The notes below the pieces were generated by a model. It did no database searches. It had not been told where the DNA came from and was given only the letters and a program-made list of their open reading frames with translations. 64,000 nucleotides of DNA from an uncultured cyanobacterium (GTDB taxonomy: Bacteria; Cyanobacteriota; Cyanobacteriia; Cyanobacteriales; Nostocaceae), in NCBI GenBank assembly GCA_963740315.1, contig CAVUDP010000001.1:160001-224000 (forward strand), written 5' to 3'. The position numbers and the translations under genes were made by a program. Shown in pieces: positions 46,438 through 55,563 of the stretch (positions are counted from its first letter, which is position 1; every line of letters starts with the position of its first letter).

Positions 46438-47232
46438 TCATGTTCCGGTAGCTGCTACTGCTTGTGGTGGTTGCTGCATTAAATTCATTAAATCATCAAC
46501 TCCTTTTTGCAAATACCGCGTTACTGTCATTGGGCTAGTACCAATTTTCTTCGCTGCATCTTTACGGGAGAATTCCTTTAAAAATACCAATTCCACTGCC
46601 ATCCGAGGCTTTTCTTCCAACATCCCCATAGCGCCGTGGAGTTGCTGACGTTCTTCTTCTAAGTGTTGCTGAGCCGCTGTTTGGGGACAAGGCAATGCTT
46701 CACCCAAAGTGATTTGACAATCGATATAGTTAACAACAGTTGCATCCAAACTTAGAGGCATCCGATTTTGCACGGCTAACTTGGTTTCTTGCCATTCTTG
46801 CACCGACACTTTAAGCTCGCGGGCAACTTCCAAATCTTTAGGCTGTCTTCCTAAAACATCTGCTAATTCTTTACGTATTTTTTGCCCTTCATTATACAAT
46901 TCTTGCCAACGACGGGGAATTTTTAATAAAGTACTGCGATCGCGTAAAAAGTGCAGCATTTCACCCCGAATATAGGGGACGGCAAAGGAACTAAATGCGT
47001 ATCCTTGGGTGGGATCGAAACGTTCAATTGCTCTGATTAAACCGAAGTAACCAATTTGTTCCAAATCTTCATAAGGTTCGTTACATTGATGACTAAATTT
47101 ATGAGCCATCTTCCGCACTAAACCACTATGCAATTTTACGAGTCTGTTACGAAGTTTGATAGAAGGATTCTGATGATATATACATAATAATTCCATACCA
47201 TCAGACCGGAGAGAGGACTGAATTACTGCCAT
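46438..47232 (-). CDS. sigF: Group 3 RNA polymerase sigma factor SigF (SigB/F/G family)
   Basis: EPYEDLEQIG..GLIRAIERFDP, FSSFAVPYIRGEMLHFLRD, C-terminal HTH; ORF extends to 47265. Confidence 0.88.
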   Translation of the reverse strand: MAVIQSSLRSDGMELLCIYHQNPSIKLRNRLVKLHSGLVRKMAHKFSHQCNEPYEDLEQIGYFGLIRAIERFDPTQGYAFSSFAVPYIRGEMLHFLRDRSTLLKIPRRWQELYNEGQKIRKELADVLGRQPKDLEVARELKVSVQEWQETKLAVQNRMPLSLDATVVNYIDCQITLGEALPCPQTAAQQHLEEERQQLHGAMGMLEEKPRMAVELVFLKEFSRKDAAKKIGTSPMTVTRYLQKGVDDLMNLMQQPPQAVAATGT

Positions 47233-47579
47233 ACAATTTCCTTTAGGGACTCTTTTTACTGTCAAAAAACTGAGCCGAGTAAAGTTTCATCAAAGCTGTA
47301 ATTATTTTCCTTGTGAATCCTTTTTCACACCATTCGTTGTTTCACTGAATTTACAACGTGGGAGACCCCTTACATACGTATTTGTACGCATTTTGGCTAT
47401 CTTCACTATTCAAGTTATATGTCAAGATAAATAGTTTTTATTAGCTCAAAACTTTAACTGGAGTAACTTTGAACTTTATTAAATTGTTCTGTATAGAACT
47501 TATAACTCGTCAAGATTCAAATAAATTGCGTAAAAATAGGAGAACAAGCAATCTTCTTAATTAAGAATCTGTTGTAAAT

Positions 47580-48314
47580 ATGAGTAATACGAGCAATTTC
47601 CGAAATGCCATTCGCGACGCAAAAACTCAAGCCCTTGTTGGGCCAAACGTAATTGCCAACGCGCTTCCTTACGTAGGTGGTGGGTTAATACTTACCGCTT
47701 TGGGAACTTACGGTGGACTAGGCGTTATCCGCAGTAATCCCGAATTATTTTTCCCCACCTTTATTGGTGCGGTAATTGTAGAACTAATTTTGTTTTTCGT
47801 CGCTCAAAATGTAGCTTCTAAAGGTAATAAGCAAGTTGCATTACCTCTACTAGCAGCCTACAGCCTGTTATCTGGGTACACCCTTAGCGGCTTAGTTTTT
47901 GTAGCGCTAAGAACCCAAGGAGTAGGCATTGAAGGTATTGGTATCGCCGCCCTCGGTTGTGGAATAACCTTTATCGCCGCCCGTCAAATTGGTTCAAACC
48001 TTTCCGAATCTGACGGTATGGCTTTAACAAAAACCATCCGTTTGGGTGTAATTGCCTTAATTGCAGTTATGGTTTTGCAATTGGGACTTTCCTTATTTGG
48101 CGTATATACCCCTGGATGGTTGGAAATCGGTATTTCTGGCTTGGGAGTATTTCTATTCGCTGGTGCTGCGGTAGTTGATTTCTACGTATTACCCCGTACC
48201 TACCGCGATGACGAATATTTACCCGCAGCTTTATCGATGTACCTTACCTACATCAACTTATTCATCTTCATCTTGCGCCTTTTAATTGCTATTAGCGGCG
48301 GCGGTAGAGACTAA
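47580..48314 (+). CDS. Bax inhibitor-1/YccA family membrane protein
   Basis: About 7 TM segments; AALSMYLTYINLFIFILRLL. Confidence 0.9.
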   Translation: MSNTSNFRNAIRDAKTQALVGPNVIANALPYVGGGLILTALGTYGGLGVIRSNPELFFPTFIGAVIVELILFFVAQNVASKGNKQVALPLLAAYSLLSGYTLSGLVFVALRTQGVGIEGIGIAALGCGITFIAARQIGSNLSESDGMALTKTIRLGVIALIAVMVLQLGLSLFGVYTPGWLEIGISGLGVFLFAGAAVVDFYVLPRTYRDDEYLPAALSMYLTYINLFIFILRLLIAISGGGRD

Positions 48315-48422
48315 GAAGAGATGGGGGGACAAGGGGACAAGGGGATGGGGAGACAAAAAATTCTATTCTTATTCCATTTCCCTATACTTTTTCTTCTCAA
48401 TTACCAAAAACGTAATTAACTT

Positions 48423-48491
48423 GTAGGGTGTGTGACGGCTGCAATATATTTTGAACTAAAACGAAATAAATTGATATTGCCGTCACGCACC
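48423..48491 (+). repeat. GTAG-REP long-loop hairpin, second family (another copy at 54063-54115)
   Basis: GTAG-GGTGTGTGACGGC...GCCGTCACGCACC. Confidence 0.75.
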
Positions 48492-48578
48492 ATCCGTAAG
48501 ATACTCGAATCTATCCCCAATTCCCAATTCCCTTTTTTGTACTACTATTATGTAATGTGACCTAACGAGGGAAAAATC

Positions 48579-49689
48579 ATGCTGGCACTATTAGAAATAA
48601 AAAGCGAAATCGAAACATTATCTAAATTCCTCAGCCAACCCCAACACTGTCTTTAGCATCGATCGACTAAGCACAAAAATTCGGGATTTAGAAAAGCGAC
48701 TTATTAAACCTGAATTTTGGCAAAATACCGTAATTGCTCAAAACTCCCTTCAAGAATTAATTTATTTAATATTCTGCGAGCAAGAACAATATCAAGAATG
48801 GCTAACTCTTTTAAATGATATTCAAGCTGGTTTAGAACTCTTGGAGTCAGAAACTAACGAAGAGTTGGAATGGGAATTAATAGCTAACTTTGATTTATTA
48901 AGCAGAGAACTCAAGCACGTTGAGATTCTAAACCTTTTGAATCAACCTTTTGATGATAAAGGAGCTTTTATTACTATTACTGCTGGTAATAATGATGTGG
49001 ATTCTCAAATTTGGGTAGATATGCTGCTGCGGATGTATGGATATTGGTGCGATCGCCATGAATACAAACTGCGGCTTGTGGAGGAATTGTGGGGAGAATG
49101 GGGTGGCTTTAACTGCGTAAGTTTGGAAATTTCCGGCAAGTACGCTTATGGATATCTCAAATCCGAACAAGGAATCCATCAGTTAAAACGAATTTCACCT
49201 TTTTGTAAAAAACCTAGAATTAAAACCAGTTTTGCAAAGGTAGAAGTTATCCCAATTGTGGATGAGTCGATGGATTTTTATATTCCTGAGCAGGATTTGG
49301 AAATTTATTTAAAACCTACTCCTGTGATTAGTAATAGACAATTTGTATTAGCGAAAGTAACTCATATTCCTACTGGTATTTCCGTCACCTGTACTGAGGA
49401 GCGCAATCAATTAGCTAATTTGGAAAAAGCCCTAGCTATTGTTAAAAGCAAACTTTTTTCACTAATGCAATCTCAAGGTGTACCTCTTTCCGATATCAAG
49501 AAGCCATCATCCAAAAATGTAGCTAATAACCCAATCCGCGAATATATCTTTGATCCTTACCAAAAAGTCAAAGATTTACGTACCGACGTAGAAACAACTG
49601 CGATCGCACAAGTTATGAAAGGAAACTTAGATTTGTTTATCAAAGCTTATCTAAAACAACATTTTGCCAAATCGCGGTATCAATGTTGA
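48579..49689 (+). CDS. RF2 (PrfB) paralog lacking GGQ; 25-codon leader plus +1 frame at CTT-TAG-C gives a predicted 369 aa
   Basis: Leader MLALLEIKSEIETLS...HCL* aligns with the PrfB leader; +1 frame open 48655-49689 with PEFWQ, YAYGYLKSEQGIH, ISPF, VKDLRT; GGQ loop replaced. Confidence 0.8.
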
Positions 49690-49701
49690 TTTTGAGATCC
49701 C

Positions 49702-49725
49702 AGCCCACCTTACGGTGGGCTTTGC
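49702..49725 (+). terminator. Hairpin after the RF2 paralog
   Basis: AGCCCACC-TTAC-GGTGGGCT followed by TTG. Confidence 0.55.
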
Positions 49726-49933
49726 TTCTGTAGCCCCACCCTTCGAGGGTGTGGGCGATTTGATTTGCTAACTACATTGATAGACGTAGCAGTGCGGAGC
49801 TCTCTACATTGGTTTCGGTTAATAAATCAAAAAACCTTGAAACGGGAAAATTTTCCAGACAATCGCTAGAATCAGAAAGGAATATAAAACACACAGATTC
49901 TAGAAGCATCAAAGCTAACAATTACAAACAAAT

Positions 49934-51044
49934 ATGGAAGTTCTAGAAATCAAACGGGAAATCGAAACGCTATCCTTACGCCTGGGTAAAACTCAGGACT
50001 ATCTTTGACTTACCCGCACTCAAAGCTAAAATCCAAGATTTAGAACAAATCGCAGCACAGCCAGAATTTTGGGAAGATCAAAATAAGGCTCAAGATACGA
50101 TGCAAGAGCTTAACGAACTCAAAGAACATCTGCAACAGTATCATAACTGGCATTCTAGTTTAGAAGATACTAGGGCAGTTGTTGAATTATTAGAGTCCGA
50201 TACCGATGAGTCGCTGCTGAATGAAGCTGTATCTAACGTTACAAGCCTCACCCGCGAACTCGATCGCTGGGAATTACAGCAGTTACTTTCTGGTCCCTAC
50301 GATAGCAAAGGCGCTTCTTTAACAATTACAGCCGGTGCTGGCGGTACTGATGCCCAAGACTGGGCGGAAATGATGCTGCGAATGTATACCCGTTGGGGAG
50401 AAGCTCACGGTTATAAAGTTACAATTAGCGATGAATCTCCCGGAGATGAAGCCGGTATAAAATCGGTGACGCTGGAAATTACCGGACGTTATGCTTACGG
50501 GTATTTGCGATCGGAAATGGGTACCCATCGCTTGGTAAGGATTTCTCCTTTCAACGCCAACGGTAAGCGACAAACCAGTTTTGCAGGTGTGGAAGTCATG
50601 CCTGAGATAGATGACAACGTACAATTAGATATCCCCGATAAGGATTTAGAAATTACTACATCTAGGGCAGGCGGTAAAGGCGGACAAAACGTCAACAAAG
50701 TAGAAACCGCAGTGCGAATAGTTCACCTTCCGACAAATATAGCCGTGCGATGTACAGAAGAGCGATCGCAATTGCAAAATAAAGAGAAAGCCCTTGCCCG
50801 TCTCAAAGCCAAGCTGATGGTTGTCGCCCAGGAACAACATGCTCAAGAAGTCGCCGAAATTCGCGGTGATATGGTAGAAGCAAGTTGGGGAAATCAAATA
50901 CGTAACTATGTATTCCATCCTTACCAAATGGTGAAAGACTTGCGTACCAATGTAGAAACAACGGCTATCAGCGACGTGATGAATGGCGAATTAGATTCCT
51001 TCATTCAAGCTTATCTGCGACAGGAAAACCAAGTTACCAGTTAA
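49934..51044 (+). CDS. prfB: Peptide chain release factor 2 with programmed +1 frameshift (369 aa)
   Basis: 24-codon leader MEVLEIKRE...QDYL, CTT-TGA-C at 50003-50009; RISPF and [10 protein letters not shown] motifs. Confidence 0.97.
49994..50009 (+). promoter_or_regulatory. prfB autoregulatory +1 frameshift site
   Basis: CAGGAC-TAT-CTT-TGA-C: SD-like AGGA just 5' of the shifty CTT-TGA. Confidence 0.93.
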
Positions 51045-51295
51045 CAGTTAACAGTGAACAGTGAGCAGTTAATAATATGCGCGTTTTTAGTCTAGTGATA
51101 CACAAATGAAGAAAAACGATGAGTAAAAATACTCGGATGAAAGCAACAAGATAATTATCCTTAATTAACCTTTCGTACTTCCTTTTCTTCACTGTTTACT
51201 GCTCACTGCTTACTGCTCACTGAAAAAATGCCAAATCGGCACTCCATTTCTCAACAATTTGTTACATTGGTAGAAGAATTTGTTATCAAAATATT

Positions 51296-51451
51296 ATGAA
51301 CAACTCTTCTACCGACGAAGATAAACCAAGCTATACAAAGTTGGCGATGCGGAATATGGTGCAAAAGGGTGGCACCTCATTGAAGCATTTTGCGCTTACT
51401 ACTTTCGGACTGTTGGCTGTTTTGATTGGACTTGCTTATCTAACTCATTAG
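51296..51451 (+). CDS. Small membrane protein (DUF3285-like), not in the ORF track
   Basis: 51 aa MNNSSTDEDKPSYTKLAMRNMVQKGGTSLKHFALTTFGLLAVLIGLAYLTH directly upstream of ybeY. Confidence 0.85.
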   Translation: MNNSSTDEDKPSYTKLAMRNMVQKGGTSLKHFALTTFGLLAVLIGLAYLTH

Positions 51452-51465
51452 CGAGAGGAGATTGA

Positions 51466-52008
51466 GTGGATAAACAGCTTTCTGTTGAAGTTTACGTGCA
51501 GGATAATTTCGATCGATCTTCCCTAAAAGAGGCTGTAGACGATGCGGATAAAGATGTCCGCATTTGTGCTGAAACTTGGGAAAGCTGGTTTTGTCAATGG
51601 GTGGATATAATGCAATGTGATATCCCCCCAGCATCTGCTTACGAAATCGGGCTGCGTTTGACGGATGACTCGGAAATTCAAAGTCTAAATTCTCAGTACC
51701 GTCATCAAGATAAGCCGACGGATGTTTTAGCTTTTGCGGCTTTGGAAGTAGATTCGCCAGATGTTACGGAAATTGATACCGACGATGAACCTTTATACCT
51801 GGGCGATATTATAGTTTCCGTCGATACTGCTCGCAAGCAAGCAATACAGCAAGGTCATTCTTTGAAAACCGAATTAGCTTGGTTAACATCTCATGGTTTG
51901 CTACATCTTATCGGATGGGATCATCCTGATGAAGAGAGTTTGCGAAGAATGCTGAAAAAGCAGGTAATGCTACTGAAGACATTAAGTATTGATATTGACA
52001 TAGAATAG
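51466..52008 (+). CDS. ybeY: rRNA maturation endoribonuclease YbeY
   Basis: YRHQDKPTDVLAF, LGDI, HGLLHLIGWDH. Confidence 0.96.
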   Translation: MDKQLSVEVYVQDNFDRSSLKEAVDDADKDVRICAETWESWFCQWVDIMQCDIPPASAYEIGLRLTDDSEIQSLNSQYRHQDKPTDVLAFAALEVDSPDVTEIDTDDEPLYLGDIIVSVDTARKQAIQQGHSLKTELAWLTSHGLLHLIGWDHPDEESLRRMLKKQVMLLKTLSIDIDIE

Positions 52009-52141
52009 ACTCGCCGATGAGTTTATTTGCTCCCATATTTCAATTTTATTTTCAAAATACTCCTTTAGAAAATTGCCAAGACATTGATTCAACTTTTAAA
52101 ATTCGGGAAAAATTTAATCTTACGATCGCAGCATTCATATT

Positions 52142-52603
52142 ATGCCTATGTCCCAGCAAATTTCATCTCCACCCAAACCAAACCGTTTAGAAACAGTTGT
52201 GTCTAAGCAGCGCGAATTATCTTGGGCAGTTGCCTCTAACTTGCTCGTTAGTTTTAAATATGCCTGGGCTGGAATTTCTTACGCTTTTCAAACTCAACGT
52301 AATTTTCGCATTCATATATCTGTCTGCGCTTTGGCAATTGGCTTAAGCGTTTTTTTGCATCTTCAGTCGGTAGAAGTCGCGGTAATTGCAGTTACTAGCG
52401 GTTTAGTTTTAGCTTTGGAGTTGCTAAATACTGCTGTTGAGTCTGTTGTCGATCTCACAGTTGAGCAAAAGTATCACGAATTAGCAAAAATTGCTAAAGA
52501 CTGTGCTGCTGGTGCGGTATTAGTTTCGGCGTTGGTAGCGATATTGGTAGCTGCTATGCTTATATTGCCTCCTTTGTTCGAGTTGATTTTATCTTCTTTG
52601 TAA
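52142..52603 (+). CDS. dgkA: Diacylglycerol/undecaprenol kinase
   Basis: SFKYAWAG, QRNFRIH, ELLNTAVESVVD, AKIAKDCAAGAV. Confidence 0.92.
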   Translation: MPMSQQISSPPKPNRLETVVSKQRELSWAVASNLLVSFKYAWAGISYAFQTQRNFRIHISVCALAIGLSVFLHLQSVEVAVIAVTSGLVLALELLNTAVESVVDLTVEQKYHELAKIAKDCAAGAVLVSALVAILVAAMLILPPLFELILSSL

Positions 52604-52673
52604 AACGTTTAATAACAAAAGTTAAGACAATCGGACAAGCTTGGCATCAATAAAATGATTGAGTTTAATTGCT

Positions 52674-53273
52674 GTGCTGATAGTCATAGATAATTACGAC
52701 AGCTTTACTTATAATTTGGTGCAGTATTTGGGAGAATTGGCTGTAAATTTTCCAGTGGCAGACCAAATTGAAGTATTTCGTAATGATAAAATATCAATAG
52801 AAGAAATTCGGGCGTTGAAGCCTGATGGTATAGTGATTTCACCTGGTCCCGGACGACCCGAAGATGCGGGAATTTCTTTAAAATTAATTGAAGAATTAGC
52901 ACCCAAGTACCCAATTTTAGGCGTATGTTTGGGACATCAAAGTATAGGTCAAGTATTTGGCGGTAAAATTGTTTCTGCCCCTGAGTTGATGCATGGTAAA
53001 ACTTCTGAAGTTTCTCATACTGGGGTAGGAGTTTTTCAAGGATTGGATAATCCGATGACCGCAACCAGGTATCATAGTTTAGTCATAGAGCGCGATACCA
53101 TTCCCGATGTATTGGAAATCACCGCCTGGGTTGAAGATGGGACAATAATGGGAGTGCGACACAGGAACTTTCCTCACGTAGAAGGAGTCCAATTTCACCC
53201 AGAGAGTATCCTGACTAATTCGGGAAAGCAATTATTGCAAAACTTTCTAGAAAAATTATCTTTGAGAGAGTAA
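52674..53273 (+). CDS. trpG: Anthranilate/aminodeoxychorismate synthase component II
   Basis: [34 protein letters not shown]. Confidence 0.92.
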   Translation: MLIVIDNYDSFTYNLVQYLGELAVNFPVADQIEVFRNDKISIEEIRALKPDGIVISPGPGRPEDAGISLKLIEELAPKYPILGVCLGHQSIGQVFGGKIVSAPELMHGKTSEVSHTGVGVFQGLDNPMTATRYHSLVIERDTIPDVLEITAWVEDGTIMGVRHRNFPHVEGVQFHPESILTNSGKQLLQNFLEKLSLRE

Positions 53274-54044
53274 ATGAAACGACGACAATTGATTGGCTAC
53301 GCTGGAGCGGGGTTAGCAGGTGCGTTGTTTGCTAACTTAGGTTCGGGTTTGCGGGTTAATGCCCAATCTGGTGGTTCGCTGTCAATTAAGTGGTTAGGTC
53401 ATACTAGCTTTTTGTTTTCAGGTGAAGGTACAACAATTTTAGTTAACCCTTTTCGTACTATAGGCTGTACTGCTGGTTATCGTCCACCCAATATTGCTGC
53501 CGATTTGGTATTAATTAGCAGTCAATTGTTGGATGAAGGTGCGGTAGAAGGCTTACCTGGAGGACCTAAATTAATTTACCAGCCAGGGGTTTACCAGTTT
53601 AAGGAAATCAAATTTCAAGGGATTGCGATAGATCACGATCGCGTTGGTGGAAAACGTTTTGGCATAAATACGGCTTGGCAGTGGAAGCAAGCAGGAGTTA
53701 ATATCTTGCATTTGGGAGGCGCTGCCGCACCTATTTCATTAGAACAAAAGATTTTGATGGGTCGTCCAGACGTGCTATTAGTACCTGTAGGTGGTAGCGC
53801 TAAGGCTTATAACGCTGAGGAAGCCAGAAAAGCAATTCAAATTTTGAATCCGAAGTTAATTATTCCTACTCATTATCGTACCCAAGCAGCGGATAAAGAA
53901 AGTTGTGATATTCTACCTTTAGATGATTTTCTGACGGTAATGGGTGGAATGAAGGTAAATCGTAGTAATAGCGATACGATTAGCGTGACTCCCGGTAGTT
54001 TACCAGAGAATAGCGCGATTCAGGTTTTGAGCTACAACTTTTAA
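53274..54044 (+). CDS. MBL-fold metallo-hydrolase-like protein with Tat signal
   Basis: MKRRQLI twin-Arg signal; WLGHTSF, IPTHY; HxHxDH motif degenerate. Confidence 0.85.
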   Translation: MKRRQLIGYAGAGLAGALFANLGSGLRVNAQSGGSLSIKWLGHTSFLFSGEGTTILVNPFRTIGCTAGYRPPNIAADLVLISSQLLDEGAVEGLPGGPKLIYQPGVYQFKEIKFQGIAIDHDRVGGKRFGINTAWQWKQAGVNILHLGGAAAPISLEQKILMGRPDVLLVPVGGSAKAYNAEEARKAIQILNPKLIIPTHYRTQAADKESCDILPLDDFLTVMGGMKVNRSNSDTISVTPGSLPENSAIQVLSYNF

Positions 54045-54175
54045 AACAGATTTATAATTCTTGTAGGGTGTGTGACGCTTTAACAAATTTTGAATGTGAT
54101 TATAAGTCACGCACCTTTCTGTAATTTGATAGTAATAACTAAGCTTTCAAATACTAATTTAACAAGGATATTAAT

Positions 54176-54395
54176 ATGCAAATTAAAGATATGAGCGTCA
54201 ATGAACTCAAAAGTTTAATTAAAGAAACTGTTGAGGAAACTGTCTTATGAATTTTTTGCCGATGCTGATGCTGGTAAAGAAATTAGAGAAGAAGTTAAAG
54301 CCCAGTTAATTGCCTCACGGGAAGCATATAAAAATGGTAAGAAAGCTATTCCTGCTGAGGAAGTATATAAGAAGTTGGGCTTGAATGTTCAATGA
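54176..54395 (+). pseudogene. Frameshifted small antitoxin-like gene
   Basis: MQIKDMSVNELKSLIKETVEETVL* then +1 frame YEFFADADAGKEIREEVK...IPAEEVYKKLGLNVQ*; AAGGA SD. Confidence 0.6.
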
Positions 54396-54477
54396 ATTAA
54401 TTTGAAATTTTTCCTTCTTTTAAAAATAACTTTACTACTTTAAAATCTTAAATTTTAGATCGGAATAAAAAAAGGTT

Positions 54478-54528
54478 CGTAGTTGCGCTGTACTAGCTTC
54501 CGATAAGAGGCGCTAAAGCGCAACTACA
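54478..54528. repeat. GTAG-REP third family (half copy at 39365-39384)
   Basis: GTAGTTGCGCT...GGCGCTAAAGCGCAACTAC inverted arms. Confidence 0.7.
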
Positions 54529-54577
54529 AACCGCATAATAAATATTACTCGTTAAATAATTCGGAAATAGTAAATTA

Positions 54578-55444
54578 TTAACTCAAACTATCTGGATCTA
54601 TCCCTAACTCGCGCAACTTTTCCGCCATTTGTTGCGCTTTTTGTTCTGCAATGTCGGCGCGTTGAGCTTCTTGTTGGGCGCGTTGAGCTTCTTGTTGAGC
54701 GCGTAATGTCTCTTGTTGGGCGCGTTGTGATTCCTGCTGTGCGCGTTGGGCTTCTTGTTGAGCGCGTTGGGCTTCCTGCTGTGCCCTTAGTGTCTCTTGT
54801 TGCGCCCTTAATGTTTCTTGTTGAGCGCGTAATGTTTCTTGTTGTATCTGTTCTTTCGGAGTGGGATATCTTGTTCCCGATTCATCATACCAGTACAACC
54901 ATTCTCGCGTCACTCCGGAATAGTTACCCCTTTCACAACCTATTCCTAAACCGATTTCTGGCATCCAAAACGGGTTCCCTTCTTGTAATTCGTACTTCCC
55001 ATTGACTAATTTATGTATTTCCAAACGCGGCTTGCGGCGGCGACGGGAAGAATAAATTACATAATAAAGTACGCCTAAATCTGCATATTCATCTAATTTA
55101 GTTGTGTATTCTTTGCGATAATTTCGGGAAACGACTTCTAAAGCCAAAATAGGGATAACATTTTCATCCCACAGCACGTAACTGGGGCGCAATTCTTCAT
55201 CATAAAAACGTTCAACACCCAGGCTGAGAAATCCATCGGGTACAATTGGCGGCTTATCGGGGTGATAATAAACACCCATATCCACGCCGAAAAACCAATC
55301 CATCCTTTCTCCCCAAAGAATTAGCAGAATTGCTTTGAGTAAACCCGGTATTAATTCTTGCAGTTCATTATCCACGGGCGTTTCGTCGGAGTCTGGTAGT
55401 TCTTCCGCTGAAGGTAAATACCTCGGCAAGTTGTACTTTAACAT
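54578..55444 (-). CDS. Uma2 (DUF820) PD-(D/E)XK endonuclease-like protein with heptad-repeat tail
   Basis: LPSAEELPDSDETPVDNE, VPDGFL, LEVVS, C-terminal LRELGIDP. Confidence 0.9.
   Translation of the reverse strand: MLKYNLPRYLPSAEELPDSDETPVDNELQELIPGLLKAILLILWGERMDWFFGVDMGVYYHPDKPPIVPDGFLSLGVERFYDEELRPSYVLWDENVIPILALEVVSRNYRKEYTTKLDEYADLGVLYYVIYSSRRRRKPRLEIHKLVNGKYELQEGNPFWMPEIGLGIGCERGNYSGVTREWLYWYDESGTRYPTPKEQIQQETLRAQQETLRAQQETLRAQQEAQRAQQEAQRAQQESQRAQQETLRAQQEAQRAQQEAQRADIAEQKAQQMAEKLRELGIDPDSLS
54658..54846 (-). repeat. In-frame 21-bp tandem repeat, about 9 copies
   Basis: Encodes (AQQETLR/AQQEAQR/AQQESQR)n. Confidence 0.85.
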
Positions 55445-55563
55445 GATGTGCGCTCCCAAAACTCATTAAAATTATAGCGGAATTGAAAGGTTTGTTGGTT
55501 GAGGAATATCTGTTTTTAAAACGCAAAGTTACCCGGAAAATTTAGAGACTAGTTATTAAAAAA

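Noticed and set aside
48654..48710. UAG readthrough or pyrrolysine in the RF2 paralog
   Set aside because: The zero frame after TAG hits TAA within about 17 codons and has no RF2 similarity; only the +1 frame aligns
48841..49689. PrfH or ArfB-type rescue factor starting at TTG 48841
   Set aside because: Those factors keep GGQ; RF2 similarity extends upstream of the TTG to the leader
50100..51044. prfB starting at ATG 50100, or prfB as a pseudogene
   Set aside because: The canonical CTT-TGA-C programmed frameshift with a leader from 49934 explains the split
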